A stretch of 64,000 nt of DNA, from positions 177,148 through 241,147 of the forward strand of contig MGFR01000001.1 in the NCBI GenBank assembly GCA_001791995.1, read 5' to 3'. Positions 1-9,859 of this stretch are shown piece by piece. A model generated the notes under the pieces. That model did no database searches. It saw nothing but the letters and a program-made list of their open reading frames with translations, and was not told where the DNA came from. Numbering within the stretch: the first letter of the stretch is position 1; each line of letters opens with the position of its first letter. The stretch is from Candidatus Woesebacteria bacterium RBG_13_46_13. GTDB taxonomy: Bacteria > Patescibacteriota > Microgenomatia > UBA8517. Both the position numbers and the translations under genes were made by a program.

Positions 1-1358
1 TCTACGGAGTTCTGGCTCCGGGTTTTTCGCTGGAGCACAGAAGCCAGATAGTCGGGCTGACCAGAATACTTTTCGCCGCACAAGGGTTCTTTGTGGTCAG
101 TTATGTCTTGACGGCTGTTCTTGAGTCTTCGAGAAGATTTTTGATTCCGGCCATTGCGCCTCTTTTTTACAATATCGGAATAATTGCGGGCACCGCTCTT
201 TTCTCTCCGAGCATGCACCTTCTTGGGCCAACCTTGGGTGTGGTCATCGGTGCGGGAGCCCATTTTTTGATACAACTGCCCCTGGCCATGAAATTGGGTT
301 TTAGGTTTAAGCCAAAGATAAATATCACCGATGAGGTGAAAAAGATAGGCAAGCTGGCGCTACCCAGGATTATCGAAGTATCGTTCTTGCAGGTGGCCAA
401 AAGCGTGGAGCTATTTTTGGCTTCTTTGATATCGACCGCTTCCTATACCTATTTTACGTTTGGAAACTCTCTGCAGCTATTACCTGTGGGCCTTTTCGGA
501 ACATCCATTGCCAAGGCTGCTCTGCCGACCCTGGCCCGGCAGGCGGATTCCAAAATTGAATTCAGGAGAACACTTTTTGCCGCACTTTATCAGGTGGCTT
601 TCTTGGTTTTTCCGGTGGCCACGGCCCTAGTAGTTTTAAGGATACCCATCGTGAGACTGGTTTTCGGGACCGATATTTTCGGTTGGGAAGCAACCGTGCA
701 AACAGGAATGGTGGTTTCAGCTTTCGCTTTCGGTGTGTTTTTCCAGGCCGCGGCGTCACTTCTGGCCAGAGGTTTTTATGCCCTTCATGACACCAAAACC
801 CCGGTAATTATCTCGGTGACCGCGATAGCCTTAAATATTTTGGGCGATTTTATCCTGATCAGAAAGTTTGGTTTCCCGGCCTGGGGATTGGCGGCCGCAT
901 TCTCTTTCGGGGCGTTTTTTCAAACAACCCTGCTTTTTTTCTTCCTGAACAGAAAAATAGGAGACGGCACCAATTTTAAAACCATTTTCCCGATTCTCAA
1001 GGCGGTGGTTGCGTCTTTGGGTTCAGGGATGGTGATGTATTTTCTGCTGAAGTTTTTTGACAGGTCGGTCTGGATCAAAAGACTTTCTTTCTTGGGAAAA
1101 CTTGAAGGAACAAGGGGCATTGCTTTCGAGAAATTTGTACTCGATACCCGCTACACGGCAAACTTGCTGATACTGACTGTTTTTGTCAGCCTGGTGGGGG
1201 CCTTGGTCTATCTGGGGCTTTCGTTAATTTTTAAGTCCAAAGAGCTTCATTATTTCCTGCGTCTTATCAGGAAGGTGGTTGTGGGCAGAAAAGTGGAACC
1301 AATTCCTGCCAAGGAAACCGAATCGGTGACACCCCCACCGACGGATACGGCAGTCTAG
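1..1358 (+). CDS. murJ: Lipid II flippase MurJ/MviN-family polytopic membrane protein, 5'-partial (reading frame open back to window start)
   Basis: Frame 3 has no stop from nt 3; ORF-track 93..1358 product is multi-TM with MurJ-like hydrophobic repeats; GTG at 93 is only an ORF-finder start. Confidence 0.6.
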   Translation, partial: YGVLAPGFSLEHRSQIVGLTRILFAAQGFFVVSYVLTAVLESSRRFLIPAIAPLFYNIGIIAGTALFSPSMHLLGPTLGVVIGAGAHFLIQLPLAMKLGFRFKPKINITDEVKKIGKLALPRIIEVSFLQVAKSVELFLASLISTASYTYFTFGNSLQLLPVGLFGTSIAKAALPTLARQADSKIEFRRTLFAALYQVAFLVFPVATALVVLRIPIVRLVFGTDIFGWEATVQTGMVVSAFAFGVFFQAAASLLARGFYALHDTKTPVIISVTAIALNILGDFILIRKFGFPAWGLAAAFSFGAFFQTTLLFFFLNRKIGDGTNFKTIFPILKAVVASLGSGMVMYFLLKFFDRSVWIKRLSFLGKLEGTRGIAFEKFVLDTRYTANLLILTVFVSLVGALVYLGLSLIFKSKELHYFLRLIRKVVVGRKVEPIPAKETESVTPPPTDTAV

Positions 1359-1364
1359 CGGGTC

Positions 1365-1393
1365 TTGACAGACATTAGCACTCATGTTAATCT
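1365..1393 (+). promoter_or_regulatory. sigma70-like promoter TTGACA-17-(TGt)TAATCT upstream of hrcA
   Basis: TTGACA at 1365-1370, 17-nt spacer, TG-extended TAATCT at 1385-1393, 20 nt before hrcA ATG. Confidence 0.45.
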
Positions 1394-1401
1394 TCTGCTA
1401 A
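1375..1401 (+). promoter_or_regulatory. CIRCE-like HrcA operator (TTAGCACTC-N9-TTCTGCTAA), right arm partly degenerate
   Basis: Left arm matches CIRCE consensus TTAGCACTC exactly; 9-nt spacer; right arm keeps TGCTAA; overlaps the hrcA promoter directly upstream of hrcA-grpE-dnaK-dnaJ. Confidence 0.5.
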
Positions 1402-1413
1402 ATTAGAATTGCC

Positions 1414-2142
1414 ATGATGGAACCGCTTTCCGCCAGACAAACACAAATTCTCAAAGCCCTCATCGATGAATATATCGAAACCGCCGAACCGGTAGGATCG
1501 GAAAACTTGGACAAGAAATACAATCTCGGAGTTTCCCCGGCAACGATAAGAAACGAGATGGGTACCCTAACCAAAATCGGATACCTAAAACAGCCCCATA
1601 CCTCCGCAGGCCGTGTGCCGACCCCTACCGCCATGAAGTTTTTCATCGACCAGCTGATGGAAGAAAAACAGATGAGTCTTGCTGACGAGGTCAAGGCTAA
1701 AGAAGAGGTTTGGGATGCCAAAGACGATATCGATGAACTTTTAACGGAAGCAACGCACGCTTTGGCGGAAAGAACCAGAAGCTTAACCGTTGCCGCCACC
1801 GACGAAGGCAAGGTTTGGCTTTCCGGATATTCCAATATCTTTACCAATCCCGAATTCGCCGATTTGCACACCTGCGCAAATCTTTTCAATTTTCTGGAAG
1901 AAGCCGAGAAAATTCATGAGCTTTTCTTCGAACGCCCTCTTTCGGGTAGCCCGATAGACGTTTTTTTTGGTGAAGAGCTGGGTTGGCCGGATCTTTCCCC
2001 CGTGGGGGTTATAGCCACCCATTTCAGCGCCAAAGGCAAAAACGGCGCACTCGGAATTATCGGGCCGGTCAGAATCAGCTATCCCACGGTAATTCCGGTA
2101 CTCAGGTATTTCAGAAATTTAATCGAGGAGGTAGCCGGATGA
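1414..2142 (+). CDS. hrcA: Heat-inducible transcription repressor HrcA (compact, 242 aa)
   Basis: N-terminus LSARQTQILKALIDEYIETAEPVGS...ATIRNEMGTLTKIGYLKQPHTSAGRVPT is the HrcA wHTH signature; C-terminal GIIGPVRISY motif. Confidence 0.85.
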   Translation: MMEPLSARQTQILKALIDEYIETAEPVGSENLDKKYNLGVSPATIRNEMGTLTKIGYLKQPHTSAGRVPTPTAMKFFIDQLMEEKQMSLADEVKAKEEVWDAKDDIDELLTEATHALAERTRSLTVAATDEGKVWLSGYSNIFTNPEFADLHTCANLFNFLEEAEKIHELFFERPLSGSPIDVFFGEELGWPDLSPVGVIATHFSAKGKNGALGIIGPVRISYPTVIPVLRYFRNLIEEVAG

Positions 2143-2558
2143 AAAAGAACCCAGAGATTAATCTTAAAGCGCAACTTGCAAGAGCCCTGGCAGACTATGA
2201 TAATTTAGTTAAGAGGGTTGAAAGAGAAAAATACGAGTTTGAGAAGAAAGCCAATCTCAAGCTTGCAATCAGGTTGCTTCCGGTTTTAGATATATTAAAG
2301 CAAGCGCAGAGACACTTGGGGGATCCCGGAATTGCAATCACGATTGTCCAGTTCGAAGACGCTTTAAAAGCGGAGGGGATAGAGGAGATTAACGTTGCCC
2401 CTGGGGATAACTTTGATACCCAGTTGCACGAGGCGGTCGAAGTTGTCGAGGAAGGCAAAGGGAAAGGTAAAATCAAGGAAATTGTCATGACCGGCTGGAG
2501 ATTTAACGGGGGGTCCGTAATTAGGCACGCAAAGGTAAAAGTATCCAAGAAAGGATAA
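2139..2558 (+). CDS. grpE: Nucleotide exchange factor GrpE
   Basis: ATG at 2139 overlaps the hrcA stop (ATGA); coiled-coil followed by a beta-domain typical of GrpE; lies between hrcA and dnaK. The ORF-track 1983 start is an out-of-frame overlap with hrcA. Confidence 0.8.
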   Translation: MKKNPEINLKAQLARALADYDNLVKRVEREKYEFEKKANLKLAIRLLPVLDILKQAQRHLGDPGIAITIVQFEDALKAEGIEEINVAPGDNFDTQLHEAVEVVEEGKGKGKIKEIVMTGWRFNGGSVIRHAKVKVSKKG

Positions 2559-2563
2559 AAAAT

Positions 2564-4477
2564 ATGAGCAAAATAGTCGGAATTGATTTAGGAACCACGA
2601 ACAGTGTCGTTGCGGTCATGGAAGGTGGCCGTCCCAAGGTTATTCCGGCGGCTGATACGGGGAGAAATATTACTCCTTCGGTAGTCGAGCCTGTTAAAAA
2701 CCTGGTCGGCGACGTTGCCAAGAGACAGGTGATTTTAAATCCCAAAAACACAGTTTATTCGGTTAAACGACTTATGGGCCGCAGGGAATCGGATAAAGAG
2801 GTCGAAAGGACCAAGAAAATGGTTCCTTATGAGATTAAAGCAGGCAAGGACGGAATGGCCGTAATTTCGATTGAGGACAAAGAGTATTCTCCCCAGGAAA
2901 TCTCGGCCAGAATCCTGATGAAGCTTAAAAAGGACGCCGAAGCTTATCTGGGAGAGAAAGTGGAATCAGCGGTAATTACTGTCCCTGCGTATTTTGATGA
3001 TGCCCAGCGTCAGGCCACCAAACAAGCCGGTGAAATTGCGGGATTTAAGGTCGAAAGAATTATCAACGAACCCACGGCTGCCTCCCTGGCCTACGGACTG
3101 GATAAGAAAAGCACGGAAAAGATTGCCGTCTACGACTTGGGCGGGGGAACTTTCGACATCTCCGTTCTTGAACTCGGTGAGGGTGTTTTTGAAGTCAAGG
3201 CCACCAATGGGGATACCCACTTGGGCGGGGATGATTTCGACGAAAGGATAGTCGACTACATTGCGGAAGAGTTTAAGAAGGAGCACGCGGTTGATCTGAA
3301 GGCGGATACCCAGGCCTTGCAGAGAGTCAGAGATGCCTCCGAAAAGGCGAAAATAGAGCTATCTGCTGCCGAGGAGATTGAAATCAATCAGCCGTATATC
3401 ACCCAGAAAGACGGGCAGCCGCTTCACCTGACAATGAAGTTGACCCGGGCCAAGTTGGAAAGTTTGGTCGAGGATCTTGTGGAGGCAACAATGAAGCCGA
3501 CCGAGGCCTGTCTGAAAGACGCGAAGCTGGACCCCCACGATATTGACGAGGTGATATTGGTGGGAGGAATGACCAGAATGCCCAAAGTAATAGAGGCAGT
3601 CAAGGGATTTTTCGGTAAAGAGCCCAATAAGTCCGTCAATCCGGACGAGGTGGTTGCGGTTGGGGCAGCCATTCAGGCGGGGGTCCTGGGCGGGGAGGTC
3701 AAAGACATACTGCTCCTGGATGTGACCCCTTTGAGCTTGGCAATCGAAACTCTGGGTTCGGTTGCAACCCCCATGATTTCCAGAAACACTACGATTCCGA
3801 CCTCCAAGACGGAAATTTTCTCAACGGCGGCGGATAACCAGACCCAGGTTGAGATTCACATCACCCAAGGAGAGCGTCCTTTAAGTGCCGATAACAAAAG
3901 CCTGGGGCGCTTCGTCCTGGACGGGATCCCCCCGGCTCCCAGAGGTGTTCCCCAGATCGAGGTCACCTTTGATTTGGACGCTTCGGGTATCTTAACCGTT
4001 ACCGCCAAGGATAAAGCCACAGGCAAAACCCAGAACATCAAAATTACCGGTGCGGTGGGGCTGTCCGAAGACGAAGTCAAAAGAATGCAGGAAGAGGCGG
4101 AAAAACACAAAGAGGAAGATACCAAGAAGGCAGAAAAGATAACAGCCAAAAACCAGGCCGATTCATTGGTGGCCGCGGCAGAAAAAGCTCTTAAGGATGC
4201 CGGAGATAAGGCCCCCAAAGACGTTAAGGAAAAAGTGGAAGAAAAAATAAAAGCAGTTAAGGAGATTATGGCCAAAGAAGATTTTTCGAAAGACGAACTC
4301 GATGCGGCAACCAAGGATCTCTCGGATACTCTTTCCCAGATAGGTCAAGCGATGTACGGTTCGGGAGCCCAAGAAGCAAAGAAAGAAGAAGCCGGGGAGA
4401 AGTCAGAAGAAAAAGAGGAAAAAAAGGAAGAGAAGAAAAAAGAAGAAAAGGTTGAAGAAGGGGAAGTTGTAAACTAG
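2564..4477 (+). CDS. dnaK: Chaperone DnaK (Hsp70)
   Basis: [23 protein letters not shown] and the Hsp70 signatures; 637 aa with an acidic/lysine-rich C-terminus. Confidence 0.97.
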   Translation: MSKIVGIDLGTTNSVVAVMEGGRPKVIPAADTGRNITPSVVEPVKNLVGDVAKRQVILNPKNTVYSVKRLMGRRESDKEVERTKKMVPYEIKAGKDGMAVISIEDKEYSPQEISARILMKLKKDAEAYLGEKVESAVITVPAYFDDAQRQATKQAGEIAGFKVERIINEPTAASLAYGLDKKSTEKIAVYDLGGGTFDISVLELGEGVFEVKATNGDTHLGGDDFDERIVDYIAEEFKKEHAVDLKADTQALQRVRDASEKAKIELSAAEEIEINQPYITQKDGQPLHLTMKLTRAKLESLVEDLVEATMKPTEACLKDAKLDPHDIDEVILVGGMTRMPKVIEAVKGFFGKEPNKSVNPDEVVAVGAAIQAGVLGGEVKDILLLDVTPLSLAIETLGSVATPMISRNTTIPTSKTEIFSTAADNQTQVEIHITQGERPLSADNKSLGRFVLDGIPPAPRGVPQIEVTFDLDASGILTVTAKDKATGKTQNIKITGAVGLSEDEVKRMQEEAEKHKEEDTKKAEKITAKNQADSLVAAAEKALKDAGDKAPKDVKEKVEEKIKAVKEIMAKEDFSKDELDAATKDLSDTLSQIGQAMYGSGAQEAKKEEAGEKSEEKEEKKEEKKKEEKVEEGEVVN

Positions 4478-4483
4478 TAATGA

Positions 4484-5371
4484 ATGGCCGCGAAATCCGA
4501 CTACTACGACATTCTGGGAGTCTCCAAAAGCGCCTCAGCTGAAGAAATAAAAAAAGCCTACCGGAAACAGGCCTTAGAGTGGCACCCCGATAGACACAAA
4601 GACGAGAAAGAAGCTGCGGAGCGGCGCTTCAAAGAAATAAACGAGGCTTACCAAATTTTATCCGATCCTCAGAAACGCTCGGCCTATGACCAGTTCGGAC
4701 ATTCTGCTTTTTCCCCGGGGGGCATGCCCGGTGGTTTCGGGGGAGGCGGAGGACCATTTGGTCAAACCGGCCGCTATGGACCCTTTACTTATACCTATAC
4801 GACCTCGGGTGGAGGCGGGGGCAATCCCTTTGCGGGATATGATTTCGGAGATCCGTTTGAAATCTTCGAGCAATTTTTCGGCGGGGGCAATCCCTTTCGC
4901 CAGGCAAGGCAAATTCCGCGCTACTCAATCAGCATCGATTTCATGGACGCGATAAAGGGGGTTGCCAAGGAGGTGGACATTGAAGGGAAAAAGCGCAAGA
5001 TTAAAATTCCCGCCGGAGTTGGGGAGGGTTCAAGAATCAACTTCGGAGATTTTATGCTCTCTATTAATATCAGGCCGCACGAGGTATTTGAAAGAGACGG
5101 AGACGATATCTACGTAAAAGTCGAAATTCCCTATTCGATGGCGGTTTTGGGAGGGGACGTCGACGTTCCCACGGTTTACGGAGATGTAAAAATTCGTATC
5201 CGTCCGGGAACCCAGTCGGGTACGATGGTTCGCCTGCGCGAAAGGGGCGCTCCCCGGGTTCACGGCCGGGGAAAAGGAGATGAGTATGTCAGGATCAATC
5301 TTCTGGTGCCCGACAAACCCACGCATAAGCAAAAAAAGATAATCGATGAAATGAAAGAGGAAGGGTTATAA
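4484..5371 (+). CDS. dnaJ: J-domain co-chaperone DnaJ/CbpA-type (G/F-rich linker, no Cys-rich zinc finger)
   Basis: DYYDILGV...HPDRHKD J-domain with HPD motif; Gly/Phe-rich region; C-terminal beta-sandwich domains; no CxxCxGxG repeats. Confidence 0.8.
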   Translation: MAAKSDYYDILGVSKSASAEEIKKAYRKQALEWHPDRHKDEKEAAERRFKEINEAYQILSDPQKRSAYDQFGHSAFSPGGMPGGFGGGGGPFGQTGRYGPFTYTYTTSGGGGGNPFAGYDFGDPFEIFEQFFGGGNPFRQARQIPRYSISIDFMDAIKGVAKEVDIEGKKRKIKIPAGVGEGSRINFGDFMLSINIRPHEVFERDGDDIYVKVEIPYSMAVLGGDVDVPTVYGDVKIRIRPGTQSGTMVRLRERGAPRVHGRGKGDEYVRINLLVPDKPTHKQKKIIDEMKEEGL

Positions 5372-5372
5372 C

Positions 5373-6080
5373 TTAAACGTATTTTATTGCCTTAAAAGGA
5401 AAAGTTTTTTGGTAAACGATTGCATCAAGGAGAAAGGTGGGGGCGACTCTTAAGTCTCCCTGTTTCCCCTCTTTAATAACCTGAAGATCCAATAGCTCCT
5501 GATAAGTGTAGGTTTTTCTGATGGAGCGCCAAGCTACTTCATTTAAAGTTGCCGCATGAACCAAACCGACTCTTTCTGGTCCGGTGAGTTTTCCTCCCAA
5601 GACACAAGCGCCGACATCGTGGGCCAAGTCGTCTAAGCTGAAAACTCGCTCGTGTTCGGTGCCGACAAATAGCCTGTTTCCCTGCCCAATCCTTACCGAG
5701 TTTTCTCTGGTCAGAAGATCGTTTTGTCCTCTGGCATTAACAAAGCTGGTTCCCAGCGGAACCTCCTGGGGGGTAAAACCCACATCTTTGGCTATTTCAT
5801 AGAAGGACTCAATAGAACGGTCGTGGTAGGCAGCTGATAAGCGATGTCCGTGTTGGGCAATTTTATCCCTGACGTTTTTTAAGCTATTTAATTCCCTTTG
5901 CTTGAGGGAAGGCTCGATTCCTTCTTTAATCTCCATTAAACTGATTTTATCGTTTTTGTTTTCGGAAAAGAAATAGATTGACTTAAGGGAGCTTCCGGAG
6001 TAAACTTCAGGGTGGATTTGGATTTGAATGGTGGGATTTTTGCCCGCCATTTTTTTTAGAAAGATATATGCAAACACCAA
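5373..6080 (-). CDS. Hypothetical protein (235 aa, soluble, no recognised motif)
   Basis: Clean 235-codon ORF with protein-like composition, convergent on dnaJ and start-overlapping nusA; no family assignable from sequence alone. Confidence 0.5.
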   Translation of the reverse strand: MVFAYIFLKKMAGKNPTIQIQIHPEVYSGSSLKSIYFFSENKNDKISLMEIKEGIEPSLKQRELNSLKNVRDKIAQHGHRLSAAYHDRSIESFYEIAKDVGFTPQEVPLGTSFVNARGQNDLLTRENSVRIGQGNRLFVGTEHERVFSLDDLAHDVGACVLGGKLTGPERVGLVHAATLNEVAWRSIRKTYTYQELLDLQVIKEGKQGDLRVAPTFLLDAIVYQKTFPFKAIKYV

Positions 6081-7168
6081 GAACTGAATTTGCCCAGGCT
6101 TTAAAAGCCATTGCCACCGAAAGGGGGCTTGACCCCAACGTTATTTTGGAAACGATTGAACAGGCGATAATTGCAGCTTACAGGAGGGATGCCAGAGAAC
6201 GCGGAGAAGATACGGAAGAAATGGATTTTGACGTTGAGATTAATTCAACCAACGGAGAAGCAAGAGTTTTTGCCTGGCCCCTGGAGAAGCCGGAAGAAAG
6301 AAAAGACGTTACGCCTCCGGGATTTGGTCGAATAGCGGCCCAGACCGCAAAACAGGTTATTCATCAGAAAATTCGCGAGGCGGAAAAAGGAGCGATTATG
6401 GATGAATTCTCGGGAAGAGTGGGAACGCTCATTTCTGGAATGGTATTAAGATTCGACGGACCGAATGTCAGGGTGGATATCGGCAGGACCGAGGCCCTAA
6501 TGCCTGCCGAGGAAAGAATCCCCAATGAAAGGCTCAATTTGAACCAAAGATTTTCTTTTCTTTTGAAGGATATTCAAGAAGGACTTAAAGGCAAAGAAAT
6601 AATCCTCTCAAGGGCAGACCCCCGCTTTGTAGAAAAGCTTTTTGCCAGGGAAGTTCCGGAAATTTCCTCAGGTAATGTTGTTATCAAGCAAATAGCCAGG
6701 GAAGCCGGAACCAGGACTAAAATAGCGGTCATCTCCAACCAATCCGGAGTTGATCCTGTGGGAAGCTGTGTCGGGCAAAAAGGTGTTAGAGTGCAGGCGG
6801 TGACCAATGAACTTGGCGGAGAAAGGGTTGATATTATTCCCTTCAGTGAAGACTCCTCGGAGCTTATCGCCTCTGCGCTTTCTCCGGCCGAGAATATCAG
6901 TGTGGAGCTTAATGAAGAAAGCAAAACCGCCAAGGTCAAGGCTCCCGAAGACCAACTCTCTTTGGCGATAGGCAAAGAGGGGCAAAATGTCAGGTTGGCC
7001 GCCAGACTTACGGGTTGGAGAATTGAAGTCGAATCTTCCGGAGTTAAAACCGAGGGAGAGGCTAAACCCAAAACCAAAGCGGTTGCCAAGAAGAAAACCA
7101 AAAAATCTGTAGCCAAAAAAGAAGAAAAGGTAAAGGAAGAACCGAAAAAAGCCGAGAAAAAGGAATGA
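6068..7168 (+). CDS. nusA: Transcription termination/antitermination factor NusA
   Basis: N-terminal domain, S1 and KH regions (IAREAGTRTKIAV.., GQKGVRVQAV..); K/E-rich tail; precedes infB. Confidence 0.9.
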   Translation: MQTPRTEFAQALKAIATERGLDPNVILETIEQAIIAAYRRDARERGEDTEEMDFDVEINSTNGEARVFAWPLEKPEERKDVTPPGFGRIAAQTAKQVIHQKIREAEKGAIMDEFSGRVGTLISGMVLRFDGPNVRVDIGRTEALMPAEERIPNERLNLNQRFSFLLKDIQEGLKGKEIILSRADPRFVEKLFAREVPEISSGNVVIKQIAREAGTRTKIAVISNQSGVDPVGSCVGQKGVRVQAVTNELGGERVDIIPFSEDSSELIASALSPAENISVELNEESKTAKVKAPEDQLSLAIGKEGQNVRLAARLTGWRIEVESSGVKTEGEAKPKTKAVAKKKTKKSVAKKEEKVKEEPKKAEKKE

Positions 7169-7198
7169 AAAGCTTTTTCTCTCAAAACAAATTAAATT

Positions 7199-8599
7199 AT
7201 GGAAAAAGGACACGAAAGACCTCCCATAGTCACAGTCTTGGGTCACGTTGACCACGGTAAGACTACCCTTCTTGATGCCATCAGAAAGACTAATGTTGCT
7301 TCGAAAGAAGCAGGCGGAATCACCCAGTCTATTGGAGCCTCGGTCATAACCACCAAAGATGGTAAAAGGATAACTTTTATCGATACCCCCGGGCATGCGG
7401 CCTTCAGCAAAATGCGCTCAAGGGGGGCGGATGTTGCCGATATTGCCATTTTGGTCGTCGCGGCGGAAGACGGAGTAAAACCGCAAACCATGGAGGCACT
7501 TCAATTGATTAAAGAAGCAAAAATTCCCTTGATCGTTGCCATCACCAAAATAGATTTATCCTCGGCCGATGTGGAGGGATCAACGGGGCAGATAGAGAAA
7601 CAGGGCATTCTTTTTGAAGGCAGGGGCGGCAGCACTTCTCTGGTAAAGGTATCCGGAAAAACCGGCCAGGGAATAGACGATTTGATAGAAACCATTAGCC
7701 TCTTATCCCAAGTCTCGGAGATTTCGGGAGACCCCAAGGCTCCCCTGGTCGGAGTGGTTATTGAAACCCAGAAAGACAAAAAAGGACCTCTGGTTTCGGC
7801 AATAATCCGTGAGGGCAGCCTAAAGGTAGGCGACGATATTTCGGCGGGAGACACCTCAACCAAAGTGCGTGGGCTCTTTGACGACAGGGGACTTCCTGTA
7901 AAAGAAGTTTTACCCGGAGAACCGGTGCAGATCTTGGGTTTTGGCGTACTTCCGGAAATCGGAGCCAAAATTGAGATTAATAAAAAAGAGCCCAGCGAGG
8001 AAGAGTATAAGAAAACGCTGCCCGTTGCGAAACTTAAAAAGGGAGAGCTGGGGGTTATTATCAAGGCGGAAAATGCCGGAGGCCTGGAGGCTGTTCTGGG
8101 CAATTTACCGCCGCGTATCGTAGTGGTAGATTCGGGTATTGGCGATATTTTCGAATCCGATATCTTGCTGGCCAAAGCCTCGGGAATAAAAAGGATTTTT
8201 GCCTTCGAGGTCAAGGCTTCCCCTAACGTAATCAAATTGGCTGACGCAGAAGGGGTAAGAGTTGAGAAGTTTGAAATTATCTACGAACTTTTTCAAAGAC
8301 TTCAGGAGCTTGTCCAAAAAGGAGACGTCGAAATATTGGGTAGGGCCGAAATTCTGGCGTCCTTCCCTTTCAACAACAGGAAGGTTGCCGGCGCTAGGGT
8401 AGTCAGCGGCAAGATAGCCAAAGTCGATACCCTGATTCTTACGCGGGGCGATAAAGAACTTGGCAAAATCAGGGCGATTTCTCTGAAAAAGCAGAAGCAG
8501 GAAATAGCAGAAGCCAAGGCGGGAGAGGAATTCGGTATGATTTTTGAGCCCCAGCTTGATTTTGCAATTGGCGATGTGATAGTATCCGTGCGCAAGTAA
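7199..8599 (+). CDS. infB: Translation initiation factor IF-2 (minimal form, G domain to C-terminus)
   Basis: [24 protein letters not shown], and NKID-like TKID G motifs; nusA-infB order. Confidence 0.9.
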   Translation: MEKGHERPPIVTVLGHVDHGKTTLLDAIRKTNVASKEAGGITQSIGASVITTKDGKRITFIDTPGHAAFSKMRSRGADVADIAILVVAAEDGVKPQTMEALQLIKEAKIPLIVAITKIDLSSADVEGSTGQIEKQGILFEGRGGSTSLVKVSGKTGQGIDDLIETISLLSQVSEISGDPKAPLVGVVIETQKDKKGPLVSAIIREGSLKVGDDISAGDTSTKVRGLFDDRGLPVKEVLPGEPVQILGFGVLPEIGAKIEINKKEPSEEEYKKTLPVAKLKKGELGVIIKAENAGGLEAVLGNLPPRIVVVDSGIGDIFESDILLAKASGIKRIFAFEVKASPNVIKLADAEGVRVEKFEIIYELFQRLQELVQKGDVEILGRAEILASFPFNNRKVAGARVVSGKIAKVDTLILTRGDKELGKIRAISLKKQKQEIAEAKAGEEFGMIFEPQLDFAIGDVIVSVRK

Positions 8600-8605
8600 A
8601 ATCTT

Positions 8606-9436
8606 ATGGAAAATTCATTTGGCTCGATTATCAACTCAGCGAACTCTATCTTGATCCTTCTTCCCTTGAAGCCCTACTTCGACCAGGTCGCGGCAGCGCT
8701 TTCGCTTTATTTGGCCATCAAAGGCAAAAAGGAGGCAACTATAGTTTGCACCACACCCATGATAGTGGAGTTTAACCGCCTAGTCGGGGTGAATAAAATC
8801 TCGACCGAAGTCGGAAACAAGAATTTGGTTATCCGTTTTGCCGGCTATAAGGCCAGCGAAATTGAAAAAGTCAGTTACGATGTCGAAAACGGCGAATTTC
8901 GTCTGACCGTGGTACCCAAAGCGGGGTTTGTCTCTCCTAAAAAGGAGCAGGTTGACCTTGGCTATTCTGGAATTTCAGCGGACACCGTAATTTTGGTGGG
9001 TGGAGCGATGGAATCGCACTTCCCAACCCTTTCCCAGGAAATCGCAGGGGCCAAGATTTTGCATATAGGGACCAGAGCCCTATCTGGAAGCGCCGCGCTT
9101 TCCTTTGCCAGACCTGCTTCCTCCACATCGGAGCTGGTTGCCCAGCTTATCGCCGAGGCCGGCCTGACTCTCGATGCGGATATCGCTACCAATTTACTGA
9201 TGGGAATTGAGGAGGGTAGCCGTGAATTCAAAGGACAGGATGTTACCGCTGATACATTTCAGACGATTGCAACATTATTAAGAGCCGGTGGGAAAAGAGG
9301 CGGAGCCAGGCCGGAGAAAACCACATTCCCGGTCGGGGCCATTCCCGGAGAAGTTTTTCAGGAGCCGGAAAAGAAGGAAGAACCTCCTAAAGATTGGCTG
9401 GAACCGAAGATTTATAAAGGGACAAGCGTTAGCTAG
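8606..9436 (+). CDS. DHH/NrnA-like phosphoesterase-fold protein with non-conserved catalytic motifs (probably inactive)
   Basis: Length and layout resemble NrnA (DHH plus DHHA1), and it sits in the infB neighbourhood as in other bacteria; the expected DHH Asp/His and GGGH motifs are substituted (LKPYFDQ..., GGKRGGA). Confidence 0.4.
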   Translation: MENSFGSIINSANSILILLPLKPYFDQVAAALSLYLAIKGKKEATIVCTTPMIVEFNRLVGVNKISTEVGNKNLVIRFAGYKASEIEKVSYDVENGEFRLTVVPKAGFVSPKKEQVDLGYSGISADTVILVGGAMESHFPTLSQEIAGAKILHIGTRALSGSAALSFARPASSTSELVAQLIAEAGLTLDADIATNLLMGIEEGSREFKGQDVTADTFQTIATLLRAGGKRGGARPEKTTFPVGAIPGEVFQEPEKKEEPPKDWLEPKIYKGTSVS

Positions 9437-9438
9437 TT

Positions 9439-9467
9439 TTGCCTTTTGGAAATCCTTGTGTTAATAT
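9439..9467 (+). promoter_or_regulatory. sigma70-like promoter TTGCCT-17-TAATAT for rpsO
   Basis: Hexamers at 9439-9444 and 9462-9467 with a 17-nt spacer, 57 nt upstream of the rpsO ATG. Confidence 0.4.
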
Positions 9468-9523
9468 AACCCCGATGCTTACAAGGTTGTTCGATTAAAC
9501 GAACTACTTTGTTCGACACGACC

Positions 9524-9793
9524 ATGGCTCTAACACCAGACGAGAAAAAAGACATAATTAAAAAATTTGCCAGGGAGAAAGGCGATACAGGTTCCCCCGA
9601 AGTGCAGATAGCCCTATTAAGTCTCCAAATAGACAGGTTAACAGCCCACTTGAAAGAACACTCAAAAGATGTACACTCAAGACGAGGGCTACTGTCAATG
9701 GTAGCCAAAAGAAGAAGACTATTAACCTATCTTCGAAAACGGGATGAGGAGCGCTACAAAAAACTCATCGCAGATTTGAAGCTGGAGAAATAA
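9524..9793 (+). CDS. rpsO: 30S ribosomal protein S15
   Basis: [15 protein letters not shown]...[25 protein letters not shown] is the S15 signature; ATG at 9524 is preferred over the ORF-finder TTG at 9509. Confidence 0.9.
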   Translation: MALTPDEKKDIIKKFAREKGDTGSPEVQIALLSLQIDRLTAHLKEHSKDVHSRRGLLSMVAKRRRLLTYLRKRDEERYKKLIADLKLEK

Positions 9794-9822
9794 AAAGATC
9801 CACAGTTTAAAAATAAATAGCA

Positions 9823-9845
9823 GGAAAAAGGAACAATCCTTTTCC
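9823..9845 (+). promoter_or_regulatory. Stem-loop in the rpsO-pnp intergenic leader (GGAAAAAGGA-ACAA-TCCTTTTCC)
   Basis: Roughly 9-bp imperfect stem with a 4-nt loop between the rpsO stop and the pnp start; no T-tract after it. Confidence 0.35.
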
Positions 9846-9859
9846 AATTGAATAAAAAA

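Noticed and set aside
1983-2558. ORF-track grpE ORF starting at 1983 with a 52-aa basic N-terminal extension overlapping hrcA
   Set aside because: The extension is out-of-frame overlap with conserved hrcA sequence. The GrpE homology begins at the ATG at 2139, which is coupled to the hrcA stop.
9487-9504. GTTCG-N6-CGAAC as a LexA/Cheo box
   Set aside because: The half-site orientation and spacing are wrong for a Cheo box (CGAAC-N4-GTTCG). It is more likely an rpsO leader hairpin.
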